DNA of 64,000 nucleotides from an uncultured bacterium (lineage in GTDB: Bacteria; Verrucomicrobiota; Verrucomicrobiia; Verrucomicrobiales; DEV007): assembly GCA_963977015.1 (NCBI GenBank), contig CAXBMO010000002.1, forward strand, positions 96,001 through 160,000, read 5' to 3'. The notes below the pieces were generated by a model, which was not told the DNA's origin, did no database searches, and saw only the letters and a list, made by a program, of their open reading frames with translations. Shown in pieces: positions 1 to 9,895 of the stretch (the stretch's first letter is position 1; each line of letters begins with the position of its first letter). The position numbers and the translations under genes were made by a program.

Positions 1-1930
1 ATGAAGTCGGCGTCCAGACTTCGAGCGGGCTCGAGCAATTCATGAAACTCTAGGTGAAGCGGGCGAAGGTCGCGGGAAAACAATTCCACCTTCTTTCCGC
101 GTTTGTGGAGTTGCGCGCGAATTCCATCATACTTGTCCTCCAGCCAAACCCGGCCGCGTTCTCCGAGGCGCTTCCAAATTCCGTCCGCCGTTTCTTCCGG
201 GCTCGCGAGCATGACTTTGATCGGCACAAACGGCGTCACTTTCGCGGAATCCAATTGATTCAATTTGGCCAACGTCGCGGTATGGCCAATATCGCCGGTC
301 AACATGTGGGCGCGTCTCACATCCGGAGCAGGGACCTTAAAAGCGGAGGCAATGGCTTCTTCGATGAGGCCTTCCTTCAGGCCAATTCTGAGATCTCCCG
401 AAAGCAACTTCACCAGATATTTCCCTTCCAACGGATCAAGGCTCAAGAGCCGTTCGCTGAGCAATTTCGACTTCGCGACAGGTCCCCTCGCTCCCGCAAG
501 GTGTTCCAAGTGTTCACGAATCTGGACCAGCGTCGCACCGTCCTGCTGCGGCTGGGTTTTGCCTTCGAGCAATAAAAAGGCGGCTCTTCCCGAATCCCCC
601 TGGCCCTGGGCAATCTGACGATACTCCGCTTCCGTCCGATTCGTCGCCTCAAGCAGAGCTCGTTTCGTGATCGCCCAGCCAACGTTGAGTGATCGCAATT
701 GGTCAGCCCGGCCAAACGGCTTACCGGAAAGGAAAACCGCAGCGATGGGTAATGATTCGGTTTCGAGTTTCGCCAGGAAGTCCGCCAGTATTTCGATTTT
801 TTTCAGCTTGCCGGTCGAGGCCGCGATCGCATCCCCAAGCTCCGCAAACTGCATGAACCCGCTTTTCTCACCACGTGAGGACGGCTCAGCCGCGTCAACC
901 GGCCTTGCTTCCTTTCCGGAAGCATTTGGGGACGCCCCAAACAGCTCCAACTGATTTTCTCCCGTCAACGACCACGCTTCCCAACCTCGCGATCGCAGAT
1001 CCGCCGAAAACTCATCGGCATAGCCATGGAGAGTGAGGATCCGCTTCGGTTGAACCATTTCGACGTAACGAAGCAGATCATCATAGTCGGCATGATCGCT
1101 GAGTGGGAAAACGCGGTCGACCTGATAGCGAAACTTTGCACTCGGATCGATTCCCCAACCGCTGATCATGGCCGTAGCCCGATTTTTCACCTTCCTCAGT
1201 TGTTGTGATCGAATCGCATTGGGAGGAGCGATGACCACCTGGCCTTCGAAACGGGACCCTGCTTCGAGCATCTGATACGGAGGCAAATTGTAGCCCAGTT
1301 CGCCGTACATTTTCGTCATCTTGACGGCGGCGCCATGAAGCAAGAACTGCAGCTCCGGCCCCAGTTGCCCCAACGCGATCAGCACTTCCTGAGCCTTGCC
1401 CAAGGAGTAGGCACCCAGCATCGGCGTCACTCCGTCCTCAAGCGCTTCCCGAACAAATCGGAGCAAATCATCCAGCACTTCATCGTTGGGAGGCAGGCGG
1501 TATTTCGGGATGCCGTAAGTCGTCTCCATGATCAACGTATCCGCGGTTCTCGCCTCGGTCGCCTCCGACGCAAATCCATGCCGCAATTTAAAATCTCCGG
1601 TGTAGAGCAGTGACGCTCCATCATCACGCTCCAGGCGGATTTGGGAAGATCCAAGAATATGCCCCGCGGGAAAAAGTTCGACCCTGTGCTTCTTGAACTC
1701 AAATGGCACTCCGAAATCGTGGCCGACAAGATGGCCACGTTTTCCAAAGCGTTTCTCCACAAACCGCTTGGTCGTCGACGAGCAAATCGCCGTTTGATGA
1801 GGCGCAACATGATCTGCGTGAGCATGGAAACGAATGCCTCTGCCTTCCGGTCGTGCGGATCCAGCCACAAGTCGATTTCGGACAACAACGCCCCTCGGCG
1901 AAATTCGACCGCAATCGGCTTTTCCCTCAT
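1..1930 (-). CDS. MBL-fold (beta-CASP-like) ligase-associated exonuclease fused to ATP-dependent DNA ligase; runs off the left edge; 1-nt frameshift at ~1826-1827
   Basis: Manual translation of the minus strand: MREKPIAVEF...LWLDP...FVS, then in the shifted frame HAHADH, PAGHILGS, LYTGDFK, METTYG, YSLGKAQE, LSDHAD, LHG, continuing without a stop into GDLRIGL, PIKVMLA and ligase motif I EDKYDGIRAQ (Lys codon 132-134). The ATG overlaps the upstream stop (ATGA, 1927-1930). Confidence 0.9.
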
Positions 1931-2535
1931 TTTGCTGCGGCTGATGATTGATTGGGAAAAAGCCAAGGCTTCAACAGCCTGGTGACTTGAGGCATGACGA
2001 CGTAAGTCAGCAAGACAACCTGGAAAACGATGATCAGCAACGGTCGTAGCAGGACGGGAATTGGCTCCAACATTGGCAGAACCCAAAGATTCACCGGTAT
2101 CGACATCAGGTAGAGAACTGCTGTCAAAACAATGATCATCTTGTGGGGGGCAGCGGGTTGGCTCGCCTCCATCTCCGGAAAATCGAACCAAAATTCGAGC
2201 CCCGTGGTGTGGCGCGTCTTCTCTTCACCTTCGACCAGTCCTTCCAACTGATCTCGCCACTGCTTACGAAGAGCCGACTGCTCCCAGGCCTTGCCATGGC
2301 AAAAATTGTCGAATCGATAGATCACCACATATTCTTGATCGGTTGCCGGACTGGGGCGCAACACATTCGTGCCTTGATAGCCCTCAAATGTCGATGAGGC
2401 TTCGATAATGCCGGAGAGCCAGCGCTCATACTCGCCTTCAAGCCCCGGCTTGATCTTGCGAGAAATACTGACCGTGACCGGTCCCGCTCCGTTTGGCTCG
2501 CAGACTTTCGCCGATGTCAGAGTCGTGTTTTTCAT
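1927..2535 (-). CDS. Antibiotic biosynthesis monooxygenase (ABM)-fold protein with two C-terminal TM helices
   Basis: IKPGLEGEYERW...FEGYQGT...YVVIYRFD...TGLEFWF followed by hydrophobic helices ending YVVMPQVTRLLKPWL. Confidence 0.8.
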   Translation of the reverse strand: MKNTTLTSAKVCEPNGAGPVTVSISRKIKPGLEGEYERWLSGIIEASSTFEGYQGTNVLRPSPATDQEYVVIYRFDNFCHGKAWEQSALRKQWRDQLEGLVEGEEKTRHTTGLEFWFDFPEMEASQPAAPHKMIIVLTAVLYLMSIPVNLWVLPMLEPIPVLLRPLLIIVFQVVLLTYVVMPQVTRLLKPWLFPNQSSAAAK

Positions 2536-2866
2536 GAATCAGTTCAGGTTCGATGGATTCGTTTGGTCGCTCTGGAAAACATTTCCTTTACGAGCGACGT
2601 TCCAGCAAATCCCTGCTTGTCAGGTTTCTCAGTATCCTGCTAGACGCCCGATGCTGATCACGTTACAGGATCTGCTGAATGCTCAAGTGACCAAAATCGT
2701 CACTTGGCCATGCCAAAACTTACTGCGAACCTTCCTGGCATGAATCTAAACTTTACGTAGATTCTCGAAATTCTAAACATTTTGGACTTGCCTTTCATAG
2801 GCGTTTCTACCCCAATTCGCTAGTCAACTCTCCCCTACTCTAACGGCGCGAAATCGTCACTCTCGC

Positions 2867-3949
2867 ATGGTATCCATTACCCTCACCAATATCACCAAAA
2901 GATTTGGAGAAGTCATTGCGCTCGATAATCTTGATCTGCGGATTGAGAAGGGTGAACTCTTCTTCCTCCTCGGCCCGAGCGGATGTGGCAAAACGACTCT
3001 TTTGAGGTCAATCGCCGGATTCTACACCCCTGACGAAGGGTCGCTCTATTTCGATGATCAGGACGTCACGACGCTTCCTCCGCACAAACGCAAAACCGCG
3101 ATGGTCTTCCAGAGCTATGCGCTTTGGCCTCACATGACGGTCGGTCAAAACGTCGCTTACGGCCTTCAGCAGAAGAAATTGCCCCGGGGCATCATCGAAG
3201 AGCGCGTCAAGAAGGCGCTCCGAACCGTCAAGATGGAAGATTTTGCCGCCCGGCGAATCAACCAACTCTCCGGAGGACAACAACAGCGGGTCGCGCTGGC
3301 GAGAGCCTTGATCGTTGAGCCCGATTGCCTGCTGCTCGACGAGCCGCTCTCGAACCTCGACGCCAAATTGCGGGTCGAGATGAGAACGGAGATTCGCCGC
3401 ATTTGCAAGGAGAGCGGCGTCACCTCCGTGTATGTCACTCACGATCAGAAAGAGGCGCTGAGCATTGCCGACCGGATGGCCATTCTCGAAAACGGCGACT
3501 TTGCCCAGATTGGAACTCCCCAGGAAGTGTACCGCGATCCGGTCTCGCGCGCGGTGGCCAGCTTCATCGGAGAAGCCAATTTCATTCAAGGTCGACTGGT
3601 TGAACAACTGAACCGGCAGGGCTTCTGGACCGTTGAAACCAAAATCGGCAACATCCAGGGACGCATCTCGCACAAGCGCTGGAAGCCCAAATACAATGAC
3701 CGCGTCACGCTCTCGATTCGCCCTGAAAGTCTGACCCTCACCAAGCAACCACCGAGCGGAAACTTCATCAAAGGGCATATTACGGGCCGAACTTATCTCG
3801 GAGAAATGGCCCAATATCAATTGAGCGCGGAGGGTCTCACTCAACCAATTCACGTCAGTGAAATGAATCCGCGCCAGTTGGAAGGTCCGTCGGACAAAGT
3901 TTTTTATGCCGTAGTCTATCCCGAAGATGTCGTCCTCCTCCAGCGCTAA
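2867..3949 (+). CDS. ABC transporter ATP-binding protein (FbpC/PotA-like, C-terminal TOBE-like region)
   Basis: Walker A GPSGCGKT, signature LSGGQQQRVALAR, Walker B LLLDEP, H-loop VTHDQ. Confidence 0.95.
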   Translation: MVSITLTNITKRFGEVIALDNLDLRIEKGELFFLLGPSGCGKTTLLRSIAGFYTPDEGSLYFDDQDVTTLPPHKRKTAMVFQSYALWPHMTVGQNVAYGLQQKKLPRGIIEERVKKALRTVKMEDFAARRINQLSGGQQQRVALARALIVEPDCLLLDEPLSNLDAKLRVEMRTEIRRICKESGVTSVYVTHDQKEALSIADRMAILENGDFAQIGTPQEVYRDPVSRAVASFIGEANFIQGRLVEQLNRQGFWTVETKIGNIQGRISHKRWKPKYNDRVTLSIRPESLTLTKQPPSGNFIKGHITGRTYLGEMAQYQLSAEGLTQPIHVSEMNPRQLEGPSDKVFYAVVYPEDVVLLQR

Positions 3950-5618
3950 GCCCCGCCCCAGGGTTGCGAGCTTTTTGGCTCAATCAGGTTGGATTCGATC
4001 CGTTATCGTCTCTGCGGCGATGTTCGTGGTCGTCGCCATTCCATTCTGGATGCGCCCGGATGAAGCGGAGCAAACGCAGGCGAGCGAGAAGGTTTTGGTG
4101 ATTGTCAGCCCGCACAATGACACCATTCGCGGTGAATTTGCTTCCGCGTTCGGCGACTACCTTGAAGCAAAGACCGGGGAACGCGTGCGAATCGATTGGA
4201 GAGACCTCGGTGGCACGTCAGATATTTCCAAGTTTATTGATGGCTCCTATCGGGCTGCGTTTGAGAATCACTGGCGGAACAAGCTGAAGCGCAAGTGGAA
4301 GACGAAAGGCTCTGGTCCCGGCGATGTAGCCGTCAGCAAATCGACTCCAGATGGCACGGCGGGAGACGACACCGAATTCGAGAAGGCCCGCCGGGAGTTC
4401 CTCAAATCAGAAGTCGGAATCGGAATCGACCTTTTCTTTGGTGGAGGTCCCTATTATTTCAAGCGGCACGCATCGCGAGGGCACCTTGTCGATAGCGGTA
4501 TTTTCGATCAAGAGCCATCTTGGTTCACCGACGACGTCATCCCCTACACAACAAGCGGCGAAATCATGTATGACAAGGAGCGTCGCTGGGTCGGAAACTG
4601 CCTGTCCAGCTTTGGAATCCTGTATAACACGGATTTCCTCCAACGGATTGAAGCGGAAGTACCGGATCAATGGAGCGACCTTGGCGATCCCAAGTTCTTT
4701 GGTGCAGTAGCCCTGGCTGATCCGACAAAAAGCGGGTCAGCCAACACCGCCTTCGAAATGTTGCTTCAGCAACAACTCGCGAAAGCCGTCTCGTCCATCG
4801 ATCCGTCAAAAGTTGCGGATCAGGAGAAAGCGACTTTTGATGCGCTCGACTCCGGTTGGACGGAAGGGCTCAACCTGATTCAACGCATCGCCGCCAACGC
4901 CCGGTATTTCACCGATCAATCAACCAAGATTCCCTATGACGTCAGCCAGGGAAATGCGGCGGCAGGTATGACCATCGACTTCTACGGCCGCACCTCCAAC
5001 GAGCGTCTCAGGAAAGATGATGGAAGCTCGAGAGCTGTGTTTGTCGCCCCGATCGGCGGCACATCGATTGGAGCGGACCCCATCGGCATGTTTCGTGGGG
5101 CGCCCCACCCTGACCTGGCTCTTGAGTTCATCCACTTTGTTTTGTCGCCCGCAGGGCAACGACTGTGGCATTACCGAATCGACGCTCCGGGCGGCCCCAA
5201 AGTTCATGCCTTGCGCCGTTTGCCAATTCGAAAGGATGCCTACACCGAAGATGAATTGAAATACTCCAGCGATCCCGAGGTTATGCCTTACGAGCGCGCC
5301 AAGCAGTTCTACTATGAGGCAGATTGGACCGCTCCCCATTTCAACATCATCAAGTTCATCATTCAGGTAATGTGTCTTGAAACCCACGAAGAGTTACAGG
5401 AGGCGTGGAACGTCCTTGTCGAAACCGGCTTCCCGCCCCGGGCGACCAAGATCTTCTATGACGTCAGCCAGGTTGGTTATACCAATGTCACAGGCGATCT
5501 CAGTCAGCGTATGAGTTCCAGTGATCCCCTGACGATTCAAAAACTACGAAGAGATCTGCGCGAGGGCTTTCGCCAGAACTATGAGGACGCAGCTGAGATT
5601 GCAAGGAGGGAACTATGA
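3927..5618 (+). CDS. ABC transporter solute-binding protein (Fe3+/thiamine-type family), unusually long
   Basis: N-terminal hydrophobic anchor; LVIVSPH, DLFFGGG, PDQWSDL, ALADPTKSGS motifs; overlaps both neighbours. Confidence 0.85.
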   Translation: MSSSSSAKPRPRVASFLAQSGWIRSVIVSAAMFVVVAIPFWMRPDEAEQTQASEKVLVIVSPHNDTIRGEFASAFGDYLEAKTGERVRIDWRDLGGTSDISKFIDGSYRAAFENHWRNKLKRKWKTKGSGPGDVAVSKSTPDGTAGDDTEFEKARREFLKSEVGIGIDLFFGGGPYYFKRHASRGHLVDSGIFDQEPSWFTDDVIPYTTSGEIMYDKERRWVGNCLSSFGILYNTDFLQRIEAEVPDQWSDLGDPKFFGAVALADPTKSGSANTAFEMLLQQQLAKAVSSIDPSKVADQEKATFDALDSGWTEGLNLIQRIAANARYFTDQSTKIPYDVSQGNAAAGMTIDFYGRTSNERLRKDDGSSRAVFVAPIGGTSIGADPIGMFRGAPHPDLALEFIHFVLSPAGQRLWHYRIDAPGGPKVHALRRLPIRKDAYTEDELKYSSDPEVMPYERAKQFYYEADWTAPHFNIIKFIIQVMCLETHEELQEAWNVLVETGFPPRATKIFYDVSQVGYTNVTGDLSQRMSSSDPLTIQKLRRDLREGFRQNYEDAAEIARREL

Positions 5619-7339
5619 ACCAAGTCTTGCGCCAGATTCGCCAGATCAACATTTCCCTTCTCGCTTACGCGGGAATGCTCGTGTTCTTCGCGTTGTTCTT
5701 TGTCTACCCAATTGCTACAACCCTGAAGGAAGCCTTCATCGTCGATGGTGAGTTCACCTTCAGTTATGTCAGAGATGTCCTTCAGGATAAATATTACCTG
5801 GAAGGATTGCTCAATGCGACAATTGTCGCCATTTTCAGCACACTCGGGTCGATCCTCATTGCATTACCTCTGGCTGTCATTGCAGATCGATACAATTTCC
5901 CATTCAAGTCGATCCTCCTTCCACTCCTCTTGGTTCCTCTCGTCTTGCCTCCCTTTGTCGGCGCGATTGGCGTGAAACAGATTCTCGGGCAAAGTGGTTC
6001 TCTGAATATCTTTTTGAGTTGGTTCGGTCTCGTCGATCCAGACAATCCGGTGGATTGGTTGGGAAGGCACCGTTTTCTGGGAATGATTCTGATGAATGCC
6101 CTTCATCTTTATCCGATCGTTTATCTCAATGTCAGCTCCGCTCTGGCCAACCTTGATCCCGCGTTGGAAGAAGCCAGCGAGAATTTGGGGAGTTCTCCAA
6201 TTCATCGTTTTTTCTACATCACTCTTCCCTTAACACTACCAGGGTTGTTCGCGGGAAGCACGATCGCCTTTATCTGGGCGTTCACGGAGTTGGGAGTCCC
6301 GTTGATTTTCGACTTCACTCGCATCACTTCCGTCCAGATCTTCGACGGGATCAAAGACCTGGGAGCCAGCCCCTTCCCCTATGCGTTGGTCGCCGTCGTA
6401 CTGTTCATCACTTCCGTTATCTTCTTGACCGGCAAGAAACTGATGGGGAATCAGGACCTATCCTCCTCGGGCAGAGCCTCTGTAGGGCGCCATAGCCATG
6501 AAATCGAAAACTGGAGCCGCTGGCTTGTCTTTGCGTTTTTTCTGGGTGTGGTCCTCGCGGCAACGGTTCCCCATTTCGGAGTTTTGTTGGTTTCAACCTC
6601 AACAGACTGGTATGCCTCCATTCTCCCCCAGAATTTCACGCTCCAACACTACGAAGAAGCCTTGGGCCATGTCATCACGGTCCCTTCGATTGGAAACAGT
6701 CTCAAATACGCCGGGTTGGCGACGATTCTCAATCTCATCATTGGCATATCCATCGCCTATGTCGTGGTCCGAACGAAGATGGTTGGTCGCCAGTTCCTGG
6801 ATGCCCTTTCAATGCTGCCACTCGCCGTTCCGGGATTGGTGCTCGCGTTCGGATATTTGGCGATGACTCGTGAGGGCAAGCCGTTTCACTTTTTGGTCAA
6901 TGTCTTTGATCCCGGCAATCCCTTCTTGTTGCTGGTCATCGCCTACGCAGTTCGCAGGCTACCCTACATTGTGCGATCTGCGGTCGCCGGATTCCAACAG
7001 ACCAGCAGGAGCCTTGAGGAGGCAAGCGCAAGCCTCGGGGCCGGGCCTCTAACAACGATGCGAAGAATTACGGTCCCACTCATCGCTGCAAATCTCATTG
7101 CCGGCGCGATTCTGGCCTTTGCCTTCTCAATGCTGGAAGTCTCCGACTCGCTGATCCTGGCGCAAAAACAGGCGCATTTCCCGATTACAACGGCGATCTA
7201 TTCGCTCTTTGGATCATTGGGCAACGGGCCTTTTATCGCTTCAGCACTCGGCGTTTGGGCAATGGCCTTCCTAACGGTCGCGATCGTTGGTGCGGGATTC
7301 CTGCTTGGGAAAAAGATGGGAGCCCTTTTCCGAGCCTGA
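5615..7339 (+). CDS. ABC transporter permease, fused double TM domain (FbpB-like)
   Basis: About 12 TM segments and two EAA loops (LEEASENLG, LEEASASLG). Confidence 0.92.
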   Translation: MNQVLRQIRQINISLLAYAGMLVFFALFFVYPIATTLKEAFIVDGEFTFSYVRDVLQDKYYLEGLLNATIVAIFSTLGSILIALPLAVIADRYNFPFKSILLPLLLVPLVLPPFVGAIGVKQILGQSGSLNIFLSWFGLVDPDNPVDWLGRHRFLGMILMNALHLYPIVYLNVSSALANLDPALEEASENLGSSPIHRFFYITLPLTLPGLFAGSTIAFIWAFTELGVPLIFDFTRITSVQIFDGIKDLGASPFPYALVAVVLFITSVIFLTGKKLMGNQDLSSSGRASVGRHSHEIENWSRWLVFAFFLGVVLAATVPHFGVLLVSTSTDWYASILPQNFTLQHYEEALGHVITVPSIGNSLKYAGLATILNLIIGISIAYVVVRTKMVGRQFLDALSMLPLAVPGLVLAFGYLAMTREGKPFHFLVNVFDPGNPFLLLVIAYAVRRLPYIVRSAVAGFQQTSRSLEEASASLGAGPLTTMRRITVPLIAANLIAGAILAFAFSMLEVSDSLILAQKQAHFPITTAIYSLFGSLGNGPFIASALGVWAMAFLTVAIVGAGFLLGKKMGALFRA

Positions 7340-8977
7340 TTATTCTCGTTCAAAGGTCGCGATCTCGCTTTGGGTTCCGTCTTTGAACGACAGCTGAACC
7401 GTTACGAATTTGGTAGCGTCAGGAACCGTGGTATAAATCGTCACATCGCTCGAAATATCGGCCATTCCCGGTTTCTCGTAGGCAGGAAAATCGAAGCTCT
7501 GATCCGGTGTCTCCTTGTCCACCCCGTAGCGAATGCCAGTCAACACTCCCCGATGAGTTAACAGATGGCTGAAATACAGCAGAGTCTTGTCATCCCAATC
7601 GCGGAACGAAACCCAGCCCTGACGAGTCAGTCGTAGCGTCTGTTTACTCTGCTCCATGGTAGCCATGACCGGATCAAACCCCACTTGATATGGGCCCATT
7701 TCAACTCCTGAAGCGTTTACATACTTGATCGAAAACTCCGACTTCTCTGCACTATTTGGTAAGGAGATCGTCATATTGGGTTGAAACTTCCCCGTGGAAT
7801 AACTTCTGGCCTGAGACATTCCCGTTGATTGGAATTCGGTTTCTCCGGGTTTCTTCCAAAAGATCTCCAAAGTCGGCTCAACGATTTGGATATTCCCCAT
7901 CCACCCGGAATTGGTGTGCATCCATGTCATGACAACAGGATCCTCCATCTGAATGGCGGAAGACTCCAATGCCTTGAGTCGTGCCTCTGCATCTGCCCGC
8001 CAGTTCGATACCATCTCCTTATCAACGAACAGTTTGGCGAGTTGACCTTTCGCATCCAATTCTTGAAACTGTTCCAGCAACGCCTTCTCCCGCCGCTTGT
8101 CTTCCAAACTCTGATTTCCTACCCGATCGCGAGAGAACTCCAAACTCATCAAATAGTAGGCGGGTGCATAGTCCGGATTTTCATTCAGGAATGCCTCCAG
8201 ATCCTGAATCCGCTTCTCCCGGTCCCACAACAAAATCGCCGCGACTTTGGGACCCGTCGTCGTTGATCGATTTGCGATATATTGATAGCTCTCGCGGGCA
8301 CCGGCTCGGCCCTCCTGGACTTTGAGAAAATCCTGGAAACGCAAATGCGGGTCCAGAAACTCCAGGTTGAAATTAAAATAGGCCAAATAGGCTCGACGCG
8401 CGTTGCCGTAATCTCCCTTCAACTCATAGAGCCTGGCATTGTGGTAGTACTGCTCCGGCGTCTTCGGATCCGAAATCACCCCTCCTTGATTGGCGAGTTC
8501 GGAAAACGCCGAGCTGATGTTTTCGACACTTTTGAGGACCTGATCAGTCTTGTCTTCGATTCGGACCGTCGTCTCCTTGATCTCCGCCACGTCCTGCTGA
8601 ATTAATCCCAGAGTCTCCTGTAGTGAAGCAATCGCGGGGACATTCGCGGCAACAACTCCCCGTTCCTCGCCTTCGCCCGCGGCCTGAAGAGCGACCATCG
8701 CTCCCGAAAACAATCCCATGAACAGGGCAAACACCGTCATCGGCAGCGCCCAGTTTCTCGCCGCCCGCGCGACGGCGGCCACCAATCCCAGAACGACCAG
8801 AGCGACTCCTGACGCCACCAACAAGTAGCTCGCAATCGGAGCCAGAGGTTGAAGAACATCGGAAATGAAACCAGCGACAAAGCTGATCGTGCCACCGGCT
8901 GCTGCGGTCTTTTCAAAGGATTGCCTGAGCTGCCCGGACAATTGCGGCGACTCCGGTGATGGATCGGGTTCGTTCAT
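7340..8977 (-). CDS. Membrane-anchored hypothetical protein (N-terminal TM helices, coiled coil, TPR-like region, beta-rich C-terminus)
   Basis: 545-aa ORF; hydrophobic N-terminus, heptad region LQETLGLIQQDVAEIKE, TPR-like YYHNARLYELKGDYGNARRAY and NPDYAPAYY. Confidence 0.7.
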   Translation of the reverse strand: MNEPDPSPESPQLSGQLRQSFEKTAAAGGTISFVAGFISDVLQPLAPIASYLLVASGVALVVLGLVAAVARAARNWALPMTVFALFMGLFSGAMVALQAAGEGEERGVVAANVPAIASLQETLGLIQQDVAEIKETTVRIEDKTDQVLKSVENISSAFSELANQGGVISDPKTPEQYYHNARLYELKGDYGNARRAYLAYFNFNLEFLDPHLRFQDFLKVQEGRAGARESYQYIANRSTTTGPKVAAILLWDREKRIQDLEAFLNENPDYAPAYYLMSLEFSRDRVGNQSLEDKRREKALLEQFQELDAKGQLAKLFVDKEMVSNWRADAEARLKALESSAIQMEDPVVMTWMHTNSGWMGNIQIVEPTLEIFWKKPGETEFQSTGMSQARSYSTGKFQPNMTISLPNSAEKSEFSIKYVNASGVEMGPYQVGFDPVMATMEQSKQTLRLTRQGWVSFRDWDDKTLLYFSHLLTHRGVLTGIRYGVDKETPDQSFDFPAYEKPGMADISSDVTIYTTVPDATKFVTVQLSFKDGTQSEIATFERE

Positions 8978-9069
8978 GATGATCAGACGTCTTGAGATTA
9001 CGTCTGAGACGATAACCGTTCCCGAATCGAAGTGTCAAAACACGAAAAACAAACAATTCCGGCCAGGAA

Positions 9070-9774
9070 CTATCCGTTTGTAATCGAATCCTTGAGAATC
9101 TCCGCCCAATCGGATTGCGAAAGATCCTTGTTCAGTTTCACAAAAATTTCGAACTGCGACCAAACCGGCTTGGTGAAATAAACCAAAGGCTTGGGTCCCA
9201 ACTTCTCTTCATCATAGCGCACCGTATCCGTCGGAGCCGATTGAGGGACAATACAAGGATGCGAGGAATCAAACAGCTGAGTCCTCGGGACGACGGTATA
9301 CTCGGTGAATCCCAGATCTGCAAAGACGCGCTCAAAATCGGCAACCGTCATCAAATTCGTATGCCCATTCCAGTCCGACCAATCGATTTTCAGGCCAAAC
9401 TGCGCCAGGTAATCAGTGTCTTCGAAGCTGGGGTGGCGGATGAAGATGAAGTCACTAGCCATTCGTTTGGCGACCTCCAACATCTTGACCGCATCCTCCT
9501 CCGTCGGAAGGTGCTCGAGGAAGTCCAACATCGAGGCAAACTGAATGCAGGAATCCGGAAAATCGAGCTCGAGCACATTCTGGCCGACGATCGGAAAGCC
9601 CGCTTCCTTACAGGCTTCGATTTTCACGGGTTTCTTATCAAACCCAAGCCCTTTTCCACGTTTGAACCGGTTTTGACAGAAATCGATCGAACCTCCCGAG
9701 CCACAACCGAAGTCGGCAAAGGCAAACTCTCCATTCCTTAACGCGGCTAGTAACTCGGCTTCTTTGGGATCCAT
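9070..9774 (-). CDS. Class I SAM-dependent methyltransferase
   Basis: Motif I ADFGCGSG and post-II FLEHL; start placed at MDPKEAE. Confidence 0.8.
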   Translation of the reverse strand: MDPKEAELLAALRNGEFAFADFGCGSGGSIDFCQNRFKRGKGLGFDKKPVKIEACKEAGFPIVGQNVLELDFPDSCIQFASMLDFLEHLPTEEDAVKMLEVAKRMASDFIFIRHPSFEDTDYLAQFGLKIDWSDWNGHTNLMTVADFERVFADLGFTEYTVVPRTQLFDSSHPCIVPQSAPTDTVRYDEEKLGPKPLVYFTKPVWSQFEIFVKLNKDLSQSDWAEILKDSITNG

Positions 9775-9895
9775 GATTCGCAACCAGATACTCGCTCTTG
9801 AACTAGTCAAGTTTCAGTTTCTGCCAGTGGCATCTGAAACGATTTTTCTTCAAAAGATTGTCGGCAGCCCGCACTTTTTCAGATAGGACTCTTGG

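Noticed and set aside
54-1985. Several plus-strand ORFs (54..575, 667..954, 1335..1613, 1641..1985) and the 219-aa minus ORF 1532..2191
   Set aside because: Antisense shadows or out-of-frame pieces of the nuclease-ligase fusion, which carries the real motifs.
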